64,000 nt of DNA from Tubiluchus corallicola (GCA_030141605.1 JAQGDQ010000578.1:1-64000), one strand, 5' to 3'; positions 39,969-54,195 are shown, numbered from the stretch's first letter. Numbers and translations are program-made. Notes: generated by a model from the sequence alone, not told the origin.

Positions 39969-40702
39969 TTAAAGCAAAACGGGACGATTTTTCGATTCCT
40001 ACCCCATTTTGAAGTGTGGTAAGATGTAACCTACCTCATTTTGAAGTGTGGTAAGATGTAACCTAAACCATTTTGAAGTGTGGTAAGATGTAACCTACCC
40101 CATTTTGAAGTGTAGTAAGATGTAAACACATTTTAACACATATGATAATGCCAATTGATACTGCAAAAGCGTTTTTGATAATTAAATAATAGGTTAAAAA
40201 CTTTATTAACGGCAGGCGAGCCCAGCTAATGAGGACGTCACAAACGAACATGTTTTCAACAGCAAAAATATTCCACGATCGTGTTGCGCCTGATTGCGGA
40301 AGCAAAACTTGAAGTACGGTGCTACTCTAAGATATTCAGGTGTTGTACTAAAACTAGGCAAATATTAAGATAAAAATTCAAATTTCAAATTTATCGCTGT
40401 GCTCACGCGTGAGCTGCCGAACGTGCGTAGAACGTCACAAACGAACACTTATGAACTGAGAGGTACAGCACCTGATTTTTGTGCAACACGTTTCCGAAAG
40501 GCAGGCGGTTAGTGCCCGTCTAACTAACTAGTAGCGAAATGCATGTAACAGGGAAGAACTAGTGGCGTGAACGTGAAATTGTGTTTGTGTGGTTACAATT
40601 CTTTCAGACTAGCCATTCTTTAAAAATAGTGTTTCCTTTCCATATTTTCAAGAGCAGATTGCTTTTGCCTACAGTTCAGGATTGGGCCTGGTTTCCCTTT
40701 AA
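39969..40702 (-). mobile_element. Family A MITE with an internal 31-bp tandem expansion (~39998-40125)
   Basis: TTAA at both ends. CATTTTGAAGTGTGGTAAGATGTAA occurs four times near the left end. Confidence 0.87.
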
Positions 40703-40839
40703 TCGTTTTTATTGGACAAGTTTATAATTTTGATGGGTTACGGTAAATTAACGATGTTTGAGGCAGCTAAATGACATTATAAGTGTTGGCTATCTTACGA
40801 CTGGAAATAATGAAAGGGAAATAGAATCCGTTGCCATGT

Positions 40840-41304
40840 CGTTTTAACTGGCCAGGGGAATTTTAACAGGTTTTTGTATAGACTTAATATGTGTGATACT
40901 AGTTTATGTCCATGTGGAGAAGAAGAGCAAACTTCTCAGCACATTTTATTCAGATGCAATAAACTAGATAATACAAAAAGAGCAAGTAATATTATGCTTC
41001 AATCTGATAAAAATTTAATAATGGCTTTCACTAACCTGATCAAAGACAATTTTATACTAAGTAATTGTTAATTTAGGCCCCCTCGAGTATACAAAATAAA
41101 TTATGTAGGTGTGTAAAGTTAATTTGTGTGTACAATACTTGTGAATCATTTGAAATTAAATCTAATTTAAGTACAATATGTTATTGTACATAGTGTGAAA
41201 CTGGAAATATTTAAAAGATTTGTTATATGAAAATGTAAATTGTTGATCTGAGCCTGCAAAAAGAGGCACCTTTTTTTGTATATATGTTCATTTCTTTAAT
41301 AAAG

Positions 41305-41372
<68 letters not shown>
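40840..41372 (+). mobile_element. 5'-truncated LINE 3' end (R1/I-group-like zinc knuckle) with (ATT)n tail
   Basis: LTGQGNFNRFLYRLNMCDTSLCPCGEEEQTSQHILFRC...stop at 41071. AATAAA at ~41298, then (ATT)n. Confidence 0.8.
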
Positions 41373-41373
<1 letters not shown>

Positions 41374-42106
41374 GTCCTGTCAAGTTAACACATTGTCTTA
41401 ATCTTATCTGCTACAAAATATAGATAATTCTTTATCAGTCAGTGATGTACGATAGGTTTCAGCCCTCGTGCTGGCTTCGCTACTCTCAAGCTGAGAAAAC
41501 TTTCACGTGATCATGGAATCTCACGGCGAGGTAATAATTATCGCTTGGCAAAATAATTTTGCACAAAATTCCTGTGTAACGTCACGGTTCTTTGTGTAAA
41601 TATTCATCTAAGCCACCATCTGTGTTTATGATTAGTTCAGCGCAAAATTGTTGTGTTATAACCGTCACTTACTCTCGGTTAACCTAGCTCATCGTAACAG
41701 CTGCGCTTCGGTAAATAGGATGGCTTCTTTGCTTTTGTGACGTCACATATCTGCATGGCTTCCAACAAGTGTGCCTATTCTTTCAATGCGCGACGTGCTA
41801 CATATACGAGCGGCGGGTAGGTTATCATGCAGGTCTACGTACAGGGTGTTAGAAAATAACAGCCCCGTTACACTTAAACCTAATCACAAGTAGACATAAA
41901 AGCATTTTTAATATTTCTATCATTTTCATATTCGTTATTCTGCGTGTTTTAAAATCCCTTCCACCCCTAATTGTCGCGGAATTTAAAATAAATGAAGCTT
42001 TTGAAAAACCTGCTCCGTTTGAGAAGCCATTAATGTTATTATTTTTTGTTACTTGATGCTTATCCGCTTCTGCTGCTATTTTGTTTTTCTTTCTCAACTG
42101 TTTTGT

Positions 42107-42489
42107 TTAAAGGAAGACAGGATGATTTTTCACATACTACCTCATTTTCAAGTCCCATAAAAAGTATACATTTTAACACAGATAATACTGCAAAATCGTT
42201 TCTGATAATTAAATGATAGATTAAAATCTTAAATAACGACGGGCGAGCCCAACTATTGATGACATCACAAACTAACATAATTTTCAACAGTAAAAATATT
42301 CCGAGTGTGTTGCACGTGTTTGCGAAAGCGAAAATTGAAGTACAGTGCAACTGTAAGAGATTCAGTGTGTTGTACTAAATCTAGGCATGTTTTAAAATAA
42401 AACTTCAAATTTCAAATGTTTCCTTTCAATATTTTAAAGAGTAGATTGTTTTGACCTACAGTTTAAGATTGTGTCCGGTTTTGCTTTAA
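42107..42489 (-). mobile_element. Family A short subfamily
   Basis: TTAA-AGGAAGACAGG...CCGGTTTTGCT-TTAA, with the same internal deletion as 22929-23320. Confidence 0.9.
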
Positions 42490-42559
42490 TACTTTATGCA
42501 GCTACGAGGGGCATATATATAGTATGTATATATAACATATGTAGCAGCCAAGGAGTTAA

Positions 42560-42716
42560 AAATTTAAATTTCAAATTTACCGCTGTGCTCACGCATGAAC
42601 TGTCGAACGTGTGTAGTTCGTCACAAACTAACACATCTGAACAGAGAGTACGACACCTGTTTTTGTGTAATGCGTTTGCAGGCACTAGTGCCCATCTAAC
42701 TAGCGAATGGCGAAAT
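42560..42716 (-). mobile_element. Family A internal fragment
   Basis: TTCAAATTTACCGCTGTGCTCACGC...CTAACTAGCGAATGGCGAAAT matches the full copies. Confidence 0.75.
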
Positions 42717-43566
42717 AAGTGCCGTCCATTTATGAGTTGCGAACGGTGGCACTACAAGATATTGAGATAAGCATTCAGTACTCAAAATTAAATACTTTTT
42801 CTCACGCTACTGCCCGTTGTTATCTACTCTATTCGGCTTCTAATGCACGGTTATATTGTTAAAACATCAGTACAAGTTGACCCCGACGTAAAAATGTCAT
42901 AGAAAGACAGAAGCACAGAAATAAAATCACAGTACGGAGTACAACATAATCTGTAAGCAACAAAACAAAGAACTGACCTAAATTAAAGGAAATCAAACAA
43001 AACAGCTTTTTTATAACAACAAAAATAAAAGATTAAAATTCTTACTAACACATAAAAATTGTTATTGATGTCTGTGTAAGCAATTTCCTTTATCTATTTG
43101 TTTTAATATTGTCAAATCACTTTCATCTGAGAGAGCCAAATAGCTGTGTGTCCAAAACAGAGTCTTTAACAGACAGTCCCTAGAGTGATAATAACCAACG
43201 ATTACCCATATTGCTTGGTCATTGGATGTACCTAATTTCTGCAATAATAATCTATATAATCATATTGTCTGTTACAAGCACAAATAACATCAGTGATATC
43301 AGCAGCATCCTACTGTCCGCCATTTTGCATGTTATTGGCCGTACTTGGTAATTCTTTTCTTTTCATATATACTTGAACAGTAATTATCATAGAAATTATT
43401 GCTGATGTAGAACTAAATATAATGCAGCTCAATTTGCTTCTCTAAACGCTGCTAGGGAACAGGTGCTTTATTTAAAAAAAATTGCTTAAATCAATGAAAA
43501 TGAAACGTGTTTTTATATTTTCCTGCACTTACTGTAGGCCCTTGCCTGTGCTGGCTACTAGCTCGA

Positions 43567-43932
43567 TAAGCATTTTCACAGTTCCAGCTATTAATGATGA
43601 TCACTAAAAGGTCAAAGGTTAAATGTACCAGACAACGCATTAGTGTACACTTGACAACACCTCACCTTGCATAGTATTGTAATAGTAACAGTTTTAACAG
43701 CTAGCTAGAACCTTACCTAGTTAATTCCTTCTTGTGCCCAAGCAAGATCCTCCTAGTAAGCACATCAGTATAATCCACATAAAACAACTTAAGTTACTGA
43801 ATTGATGCGGCAGACGGCTTTGCTTTACCCACATGTAACGTGACGTTGTAGTTAAAACGCATTGCTGTTGTACACTTAACCTTTGACCTACAGCAACTGC
43901 ACATGCGCAGAACGAAACTGTGAAAAGGCTTG
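43567..43932 (-). mobile_element. Family C MITE
   Basis: TAAGCATTTTCACAGTT...AACTGTGAAAAGGCTT terminal inverted repeats. Confidence 0.82.
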
Positions 43933-45434
43933 ATGTTTGGGGCTTATAGAATGTGCCGTCTAATTGTTTGTCTGGGTATTTTAGTCTCCTTAGTGACGCA
44001 CTGACGCTTATTTTTAGTCAGCAATCAGAATAAGATGTCTACTTTTGTATGCCGCGGGAGCTATTTAAAGAAATCATTTCTATAACACAAAAAAGATTTT
44101 AGAGGATTAGTCTGTATGTTTGTTATTGTAAAGCGTGACGTTGACGTTTCAAATGTCACCCCAAGAGTTACTTACGTGGGTGAGTAACAGAGTCCAGAAC
44201 GAACAAAAGCTTAAGCTAAAATATCACGTCAGATGATATTGCGTGCATTTCTTGACAATATCATCGCCCACAATAATACAACTCAAACGATTATGGCTGC
44301 AATAAGATTCAAGATGGTGACCAAAATTTTTGAAAAAAAAATCATACATCAACCGACCACTGCCTAAGTAGCAATTTGGCTCAATTTTTCTAAAGGGTAA
44401 CATAATGGACTAGGGCTAAACGAAACTGTAATCAAACTGTAAGCAAACGACTTCTATTTGATGTCACGTGAACTTGGCACTGGACTTTGGTCAAGTTTTT
44501 TTGCTTTTTCTAACGTCTATGTCTTTACTTTTCTAAGTGTTCCTATTATCGAGAAACACGGCCTTGTAATTTTTTTCTTTTTACTATGAATTTCATCACT
44601 ATTGAGTATAGACGAGGTTGTTTGCAACTTCTTATGAGTTCAAACAACGCGGAAAGTAAACCATTAATTCAACAGAAACTGTATATTTTGATTAAAAATT
44701 AATCTGTTACTACACACATCCTCCTTTTCAGTTCTGCCCCCACCCCCTTCGGAGTTATCTGACTAACTTTCGCCTACTGTAACTGGAGCATCAAAAACAG
44801 CCGGAACATCTTGCCGGTTTTAAGATCTGTGTATAGAAGCGCATATCATATCTAGTCTAATTGTTAGTTGTGACTTGTCGACTAACTGCTTTATACGAGT
44901 TTATATTAGCAACAATGCTTTGATTGGAATCAAATCAATTTAATCCAGACAGATGTACGTTATGTGCAGAAAGAACGTGTCATATTTCTCTGAAATGGCG
45001 AGCAATATCTACGTGATTATACTGAAGAAGCAAGCAACGCATGAAGCATGCATATTGTACACATACTACTTACCCACAAAAGTTAACACGCATCAAGGCA
45101 TATCGTATCCCATTAAATTGTCATCATTACAATAACAGTGATAATTATTGTTTAATAAGACACATGAACAACGGGTATTTGACCACAAAACCTACACGAT
45201 ATGCTCAATCTGTCTTGCGGTAAGTTCCGCCATCACTGTTCTTCCTACAAAAACAGCGCTCTGGTGCGCATGTGCAGTGCGTGTTGGTGAAGCCAGGGGA
45301 ACCCTGGGCTTTGCATTATCGAACAATAGATCACGCCAATCGAGTAGGAATGTAATTGTCAATGGGTGAGCGCATAGACCAGGTTTATGACGACGGAAAG
45401 CCAGGCAACCAACAGTTGTGAGTGATATATATGC

Positions 45435-45446
45435 CCACCAGAGGGC
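45435..45446 (+). promoter_or_regulatory. CTCF consensus core CCACCAGAGGGC in a locally GC-richer unique block
   Basis: Motif match only. Confidence 0.35.
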
Positions 45447-46039
45447 TGGGCTATGGCGTAGCCCTTCAAATTGCGCCCTTTTTCCACAAACAGTTCCTTG
45501 AGCTCGCTAACTGTGGCCTTTCTGGTACTTAGTAATGATAGCGTAGATCATTATCTAGGAGAACGTTACTTCACAATCAATGGAGGTGACTGTTGACTTC
45601 CGATTTTGCCAGTTGCCTTACCCCCTCTGTTCTGATTCGCCCCGCACATCTTCCCCTCAACAGGGAGGCGCATTAATAAAAGATGTTTCCTCCTATTAGT
45701 CATAGTCGGAGAATCTGTAGCAGAAGGCGGCCATAGAGGCTGCATATCTTTATATTATGAGTATCAAGCTGAATTAAACACAAATTAAAATATAAAAAGC
45801 TTATGATTCTACTGCTATTAACATCAATTGTTTATTGCTGAGTTACGTCCACACTTTTATAGCTATATTTTTGTATATTGGTAAAATAATTAGCTTTTTT
45901 GATACTACGCAAAATTTGCGAAGATACACCAACAGATACCATATGGTCAACAGGGTCAGAACTTGATATATGTTAAAACTTGCATGATCCATGTGTGTTT
46001 GTGTGATCCTGACTGGGGCTGACTCAACCACACCCATGA

Positions 46040-46900
46040 CCCACTAAAACATTTTACCTAACATGAGATAGCCTGAAAAGATTTGGGTTTTCACTGTAAC
46101 AAACTTATTAAATACTTAAAAACAACATTACAAATATATCTCATATTAAAAACATATTAAAATCATACAAATATCTATACACCTAACTAAAAATATACAG
46201 CTTAAGTATTCACATAGTAAACTAAATTCAAAATGAAATATCCAAGCAAATACTTTTCATATTAGCTTTAAAATGTTGTTTACTTTCTGGAATTTTTTTC
46301 ACTATTTAGGATTTTATACTATTCGAGAAAATGTTCAAGTATATCAGTTTTACATTTGAGAATACGATAGATATTTATATATATATATATATATTATTAT
46401 TAATATATACCAAAGAATACCTCTGTTATAAATAGAAATTCCTTAGCTTATATAGCTGTGAATTACTTAAGATTCTATATACATAAAAAGGGTTTTTCTT
46501 TTTATTAACACCAACGATGTAAAGGTTACGCAATACACAACATTTTAAATAAAATGGCAGCATGTACTCTAAAAGTGGGAATGGTTAATAAGTCGAGTGA
46601 GCCTTTTTTATATTTTCTTGTACGTTTCATGCATCCGAAACAACTAGTGCGACTAATGTTATATTTTTGCTTTAACTAGTAAAGGTAATATAAAATTGGC
46701 CTTTATGTTTATCAGAACTTATATGACAGAAATATAGCTATGTCATCAGCACACATTACTAAAAACAGGTTTTGTAAAGAATTCGCTAGATAATTTATAT
46801 AAAATATTAACAACAGTGGACGCAAAGTGGACCCTCGAGGCACGCCGCAAACTACTATTTTGCTTCCTGAAACTACATTGTCTTAGATTAACATTGTCTG
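46040..46900 (-). pseudogene. Decayed CR1/L2-group LINE with a reverse transcriptase remnant
   Basis: The minus strand at ~46715-46860 reads VCGVPRGSTLRPLLLIFYINYL...MCADDIAIF, matching the GVPQGS/PLLF and FADD motifs. Decayed C-terminus and UTR lie to the left. Confidence 0.8.
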
Positions 46901-47574
46901 ACTTACAATTCAATCAGTAATAGAATGATCACCGAAGAACAATACTGACTGCCATTCATGCACTTTTTGCTTTAAGACAGACATCAGTTTTGTTGACTTT
47001 ATTTCAAGTGTTTTCCCGCTGCTCATCCCACTTGACTAACATCATAGCAGCATCCTCGCGCAAGATGTCTCTCAAGTCGATTTTTAACAACTCGTCGTGA
47101 ATGTGATATAACCTCTCTAATGCCAACTACACCTGACATTTTCAGTCAATAACAATATTTCGTGTAATGTTAGTCGGTATAATTGTATTTGCGAGCCGGC
47201 AGGCGTACCATAAAGGTCGATGATTTGCTTATAGGCTGTGATGCGCATTTATATAAATATCAATACTGGCTGCATGGCTATATCGTAAAAAGCAAAATCT
47301 ACGTTGAAAGAATTTATGGCCTGTATAAATGTGACGATAAAATGTTAGCAGCTCTAAACGTGCTGATTGCCTTCAAAGGTTCGTTTGCTTCTATAAGCAA
47401 ATAAATGATTTACCTGCCGTGATGCCATTTTCTTCACTAATTATGACGTAAGCTTCGTGCCGTCTGACATTCGCTTAATTATTAGACAAATGCTAGACGA
47501 GTAAGTGACAAAACAATCAAATTAGTGATTGACTGAGTCACTGGCCTACTGGCCGGCTCCTAACAAATATAAAG

Positions 47575-47656
47575 ACTGACTGACTGATTGACAGACAGAC
47601 AACAGACTGACCGACTGACAGATAGACAGACAGACAGACTGACTGACTGACTGACT

Positions 47657-47703
<47 letters not shown>

Positions 47704-47940
47704 TGACTGACTGACTGACTGACTGACTGACTGACTGACTGACTGACTGACTGACTGGCTGTCATCACCAGCTGACTGATTGACTGACTAACTAATCAAC
47801 TAACTGACTGACTGACTGACTGACTGACTGACTGACTGACTGACTGACTGACTGACTGACTGACTGACTGACTGACTGACTGACTGACTGACTGAGTGAC
47901 TGACTGACTGACTGACTGACTGACGATTGACTAGCTGACT
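47575..47940. repeat. (GACT)n/(GACA)n compound microsatellite
   Basis: Direct reading. Confidence 0.97.
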
Positions 47941-48774
47941 CTTAGTTTAGGTAATGAAATGACTGATTAACTTAAAAACCCTCACAAAAACAGATAGCGC
48001 GTCATGCAAAACTGCCTTTCTTTGCTGTGATTGGCAGTATTTAGGTTAATAGGTATCAATGAAATGACCTAACCAGCGCTTCAACTTTTGCACAAAGCAG
48101 TAGCTTCTGTTCATTGCGCGTTTTTTTCCTTGAACAACTTAATAAAAAGTTTCGTGCACCTATCTTTGAATTATTTACGAGTATTTCAAATGAAGACATT
48201 CATTTGCTTATGAAGACCACGCGATTGCTATCCGTGACTAATGCCGTATATTTAATTAGAAAAATTTTCATTTTCACAAGAATCGCGTCGCCATGGCAAC
48301 GCTATTATTTACCAAAAATAACTAATATGAAACCAAGTGTCAAAAAGTATTCAGCTCCTGTTGCTTTGCAGTAAATCCGCCGTTGGCATGGCAACGCAGC
48401 TTCCTACATGCACGATGCTTGCCAGTATACAGATGGATAACTTTATATTACGGCTGTCTAATTTGGCACATATGCAGATTAATACTGGCCGGGCGATAAT
48501 TAAATAATAATCTTTACGAGGTTTTTGCCAACCACGTGTATTGATTCCGACTTTATTTTAATGCCTGCATTGACTGAGTGAGATTATTACATTAATTATC
48601 GCTGATATAAAAGATCATTACTACTTATAAATCAGCTGATTGAAAGCTGAGGAATAAAAACAGCAAAGTAAGGCCACACAGCACATGTTCAGAGGACAAT
48701 GGCGGTGTTAATAGACGTCAAGCTAAACGGCAGTGCTTAAGAATGCACCTGAGTTACACGCTCACTGTAAGGAG

Positions 48775-49157
48775 TAAGCCTTCTCATGGTTTCGTTGTGC
48801 GCACGCGCAGTTGTAACAGGTCAAAGGGTAAGTGTACCACAGCAACGCGTCTTAACTACAATCGTCACGTGACATGTGGGCAATGCAAAGCATTAGCTCA
48901 GTAACTTCAGTTGTTTTACATGGACCTTACTTAATTATGCATTAGTCTGTGTGTAGACTGATTTACTAGCAGAATGGTGCTTGAGAACAAGAAAAAATGA
49001 AGTAAATAAATTTGTAGTTAACTTTTAAAACTGTTACTATTACAGTAGCATGGCGTGCGAGGCAGGTTGTTAAGTGTACACAAACGTGTTGTCTGGTAAA
49101 CTTAACCTTTGACCTTTAAACGATCATCATCAATCGTTTGAACTGTGAAAAGCCTTA
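48775..49157 (+). mobile_element. Family C MITE
   Basis: TA-AGCCTTCTCATGGTT...AACTGTGAAAAGCCT-TA. Confidence 0.82.
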
Positions 49158-50449
49158 TTATTAAGCAGGAGAATGCTGCACAAAACTTAGTATCATTGTG
49201 CAACACGTACTTAAACATACCGAAAACTATATCATGTGAAATGGCCTTACAAATCTTTGCATTTTCAAACATTTTCATTCGTATGATATTCACTTGTACA
49301 CTAAATGTATATATACAATTCCCGACACAGTCATACCAAAAACTTGAAAAATGGTACCGCTGGTTCTTCAATCAAGCACGCAGGTAATAATACTCCGGAC
49401 AACCTTGGAAATACCAACTATTATGTTGCTTAAGGAGTTATCACTGCACTGTGTCCTAAACGAAATTATTATTATTATTAATACAATGATAATTCTACAA
49501 AGATTAGATTCCAAAAAAGCGTCCTCAAAAAAACAAATTTAATATGCCACCGATGCAAACGGTGCAACGGCAAAATATAAAAAATGCAAAAAATTGACAG
49601 CAAAACATCTATTCTAGGTATCTATATGTCACTGAGGGAAAGTGGTAACGCACGTGAAAGAACTGGCTAAAATAACCACACTAGGTCGCTTCTGTAAAGG
49701 TACAATTAGTTGAAGATGATAACTATTAAGCATTCTACTGAAAATTACAAGAAAACAACATTTATGTCAGCAATGTGTTTGTGAAGCTCCATAATAACCC
49801 TTAAGAACATATAAAAACACAGAAAGAAATTCCGTTAGCTCTTTCAACGTGTAGAGACAAACATTGCGCGGACGTTTTTACAAAAGAGAATTGATGTTGT
49901 TCTGCCTCCGATGAGCAATGAGCTCAAACTTAACTAAAGATGTTTGTTTTTTACATTATTTTGCAACATGCACATGTTCACCCTGTTGTCTTTGGTTGAA
50001 ACTTTGCGTCCATAGATATAGCTTGTGCGCCGCGTTTAATGACCAAAGAAAACTTGTTCAAAGCTTCCGAGTGCTTATGTAGTAACAGCACGTTTTTCTA
50101 TTGATCAGACGAAATTTAGTTTTTCTCCCGTCGTCTGGGTTTGTTGCAATCCAATCTACCACTCCATTTTCTGCCTTACGGCTGCTGAATGATAATTCAT
50201 TAGCAGGTCGCTACAATTCTACGGTGAATGGGCGCACCGCCGTTGCGTGTTGTAAAATTCCGCCCGCCCTCATCTGAATAAAATATTTTTACCGTAATTT
50301 CTTTAGCATGCGCTTACGATAACTGTTCTGTCCGTGCAAATGCATTAATTTAGGTATTAATTAATTTAATTGATTGTACGTCTAATTGCATTTTAAGTTA
50401 TTATGTAGACTGTCTTTAAATCAAGTACTCAGTAATAAAGAATCTACTA

Positions 50450-50825
50450 TTATTACTAACTTACTACTAACATTACTAGCTACTACTAACATTACTAACT
50501 TACTACTAACATTACTAACTGCTACTAACATTACTAACTTACTACTAACATTACTAACTACTACTAACATTACTAACTTACTACTAACATTACTAACTAC
50601 TACTAACATTACTAACTACTACTAACATTACTAACTTACTACTAACATTACTAACTACTACTAACATTACTAACTTACTACTAACATTACTAACTACTAC
50701 TAACATTACTAACTTACTACTAACATTGCTAACTACTACTAACATTACTAACTTACTACTAACATTACTAACTACTACTAACATTACTAACTTACTACTA
50801 ACATTACTAACTACTACTAACATAA
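50450..50825. repeat. 39-bp higher-order repeat of TACTAAC-type units
   Basis: Direct reading; gives a 13-aa periodicity in the ORF track. Confidence 0.93.
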
Positions 50826-51550
50826 ACATTACGCTACAATCAACTATACGTACTGCTGTAACAACTGTAATACTACACTAATTGTTCTAATTCCACAAGT
50901 ATTGGATTTCTGAATTATGTAGCAACATTGAACATTACAGTATAAAACTTATACTTTGAGTGGTCTTATAGGGTTATGTACATCGAAAATCGTTTCTGTT
51001 ATCGTATCTATCGTATCGGTTTTGTAAATTTCAATTAAGTATTAACTAATGAACTAGTCGTATTTGTTAATTAACTATTTTTAGTTATTAAATACTCGAA
51101 CTAACTAATTGTATATTTCTTCACTGCACATATGGAAATACTGTGATTAGTAATAGTTACTGTGTTGTAAATCCACTCAAAATAAATTCATAATCAATCA
51201 AAATTCAAAAACATAACAAAATTCGTGTTGCGTATAACAATGGTATCAGGAAGTTGTTTAAATTACCGTATGATTGTACTGCTTCTGGCACACAGTGCAA
51301 ACTTATCATTGCCACATTTTTCACACCTTTGCAGAAAAGCTTGTTACAGTATAAGAAACGATTACTAGAACTTGTGAACAGTGAAAATCTACTAGCTATT
51401 GTCAACTCTGTACGAATCATACAATCTTCTTATTTTAAGATGTTGAACAAAAGTCTGTTTGCAAATAGCAATCTTCAAACCTGATAGCTGTGAATGCTTT
51501 TTTACTCAATGTATAATATATAGTAGTATTTTTAAAGTAACTTTTTATAA

Positions 51551-51784
51551 TCTAATCTAATCTAGTCTAGTCTAGTCTAGTCTAGTCTAGTCTAGTCTAG
51601 TCTAGTCTAGTCTAGTCTAGTCGAGTCGAGTCGAGTCGAGTCGAGTCGAATCGAATCGAATCGAACCGAAGGAAACCTAACCTAGCCTAACCTAACCTAA
51701 CCTAACCTAACCTAACCTAACCTAACCTAACCTAACCTAACCTAACCTAATCTAATCTAATCTAATCTAATCTAATCTAATCTA
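51551..51784. repeat. Compound pentanucleotide microsatellite
   Basis: (TCTAA)2 (TCTAG)12 (TCGAG)5 (TCGAA)4 CCGAA GGAAA, then ~14 CCTAA with one CCTAG, then (TCTAA)6. Confidence 0.97.
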
Positions 51785-52379
51785 TATATGCAACCTTATG
51801 TGCAATGCATGCAAACTGATTAAACAGACACACTCACAAAAAACAAATGTTATATTTTTTAGCTGAGAACTTTAGTGTAAAACTAAGCAGTTACGAAGGG
51901 AATTTTCTGTGTAAATTCACAGTGTGAAGACTCATTTCACACGGAAGACGCGCTGCTATTTGTCAGAAAGACAAGGCCTCAGTATGAACTTGCGTTTGAA
52001 TAAAAACCAACGGTGACAATGAACAGTTTATCAAAGGTGAAGCCCTCAGTATGAACTTTGGCTGAAACCAAATTACCAGGCAGTTCATTTCGAAGTGAAG
52101 TTCTCAATTTGAACTTAAGCTTACTTAAGAACAAGTCGTGCTGTTTATCACAAAGAAAATTATCAACAAGAACGAACTGTTGTGACTTTTGTGAATTTAC
52201 CTCAACGGGGAATTTTCAGTGTGAACAGGATAAAGAGTGGATACGTCATCAACAAATTTACGTCATTTCCGGCCACGTGAATTTGATTCTATTCTGTCTT
52301 TTGCTAAAGCACAAGAAAACACTCTTCATAAACAAAGCATAAAAATTCGACTTGAAATGTTGCTATCCGATTGCTATCA

Positions 52380-52791
52380 AATGCATTGCACAGAGAGCTA
52401 GCGTTAGCAGTACCGCTATGTAAAATTAAACTCCCGCGATGACGGCTAGGCGCAGCCATTTTGAAGGCAAATTAAGTTGTGTGAAACAAGTTTAGGTAAC
52501 ATTGCATAAAGTTTGAAAGAACAATCAGAGCATTCGTAGCGGACTCTTCACTAAGGAAACAAAAGTTTATAAATGACATTATATTGTCAAAGAGATCAAT
52601 AAATCGCGTTAGTGGTTCACACTGGGTTGGCAATGCAGCAACATTTTACCAGTTTGATGCAAAAATTTTAAATTATTAAAAAATTTTCTTTTCCAATTAC
52701 GCAAACTGATAAGCATACTCCTAAGTAACATAACTTTGCATAGAAAGTTCTTTGGGATATTTTTTTAAAATTCTCCTTTCTTCTCCTTTAA
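52380..52791 (-). mobile_element. Family D element end, sharing its TTAA with a family B MITE
   Basis: Junction reads CCTTTCTTCTCCT-TTAA-AGGAAGGCCGG. Confidence 0.7.
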
Positions 52792-53336
52792 AGGAAGGCC
52801 GGATGATTGTTTAGACTCAATCGGATTTTAACTTACTGTCCAAAATGTACATTTTCCTGCCTATAAAAGTTAACAATTGTTCTTTATGTTTGAATAATTA
52901 GCTTAGAAAGTTAATTAACGGCAACCGAACACAGCTATTGCTTACGTCAGAAACTAACCACCGTTTGTGCAAGGGCAGGCGTCTTCCCTTCATATGACGG
53001 TCAAGCACATTTGCATATGTGTTACAGTACTGCTTAAACGAAAATGGGCTCTACGTCATATGACGTCAGAAACTAACACAACAGTTCATGATCATCATTA
53101 TCACGGTACCGCCTTCTATTTGTCAGCCACGCGCACGTGACAAAAAGGCGCCGCTGCCAATCTTAGTAGATTTAGTGAGCCGCGCGTAGCTTTGAAAGTT
53201 TAACGAAATTTGAGTATCCGAGGTAATTATTATTTAATCTAAGCTTTGATTTAAAAAAGGCTATCGTCGTTTTCAATATTTTAGTACATTCTTTATTTTG
53301 AACTAAAGTTGACACAATCATCCGGTTTTCGTTTAA
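52788..53336 (-). mobile_element. Family B MITE, full length
   Basis: TTAA-AGGAAGGCCGGATGATTGT...ACAATCATCCGGTTTTCGT-TTAA. Confidence 0.9.
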
Positions 53337-53629
53337 ATAGTCAATATCTTAGTACATAAATGAGAGGGAAATAATGAGTTCTTGTTCAACCATCCACGCG
53401 ATAAGAAACAAATACTCCAAATTAACTGCCTAAGTCTACAACGCCCTCTACCTATCACTTGAAAGACTAGTGTTTGTGTTTGAATATCACTTGAAGCAAA
53501 ACAGTTCTCACGTCACTTGAAAATGGTTTATGCAAATGTAAGAAGCTTTCACATCACACGTGTTTATTTCACACAAATCATATGAATATGAAAAACTCAA
53601 AAACTCCTCACATTTCAGTAAAACAGAGG

Positions 53630-54195
53630 GCAACAACAACAACAACAAACAACAACAGCAACAGCAACACTAACAGCAACAACAACAACAACAACATCAA
53701 ACAACAACAACAACAGCAACAGCAGCAACAACAACAGCAACAACAACAATAACTATAGCAACACAAATAACAACGACAAACAACAACAAAGTGACAGTGA
53801 CAAGGACAACAACAATGACACCGACAACAACAACAAGAGAAACAGCAACAACAGTAGTAACAACAACCAGAAACAACAACAACAACAGCAACAACAACAA
53901 TAACTATAGCAACACAAACAACAATGACAACAGCGACAACAGCAAAAGAAACAGAAACAACAACAGCAACAGCAGCAACAACAACAATAACTATACAAAC
54001 TAATAACAACGACAAACAACAACAAAGTGACAAACACAACGAAAGTGACAGTGACAAGGACAACAACAATGTCACCGACAACAACAACAGAAACAGCAGC
54101 AACAGCAGTAACAACAACAAGAAACAACAACAATAGCAGCAGCAGCAGCAGCAACAACAGCAACAACAGCAATAGCAACAGCAACAGTAACAGTA
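53630..54195. repeat. (CAA/CAG)-rich degenerate repeat with internal block duplications
   Basis: Direct reading. AAAGTGACAGTGACAAGGACAACAACAATG occurs at ~53788 and ~54042. Confidence 0.9.

Noticed and set aside
49560-50170. Possible decayed DNA-transposon coding fragment on the minus strand
   Set aside because: Only vague peptide resemblance across many stops; cannot be supported without a search.
51676-51750. (CCTAA)n as an arthropod-type TTAGG telomere repeat
   Set aside because: It is one block in a stepwise pentamer series, so it is not evidence of telomeric origin or of taxonomy.
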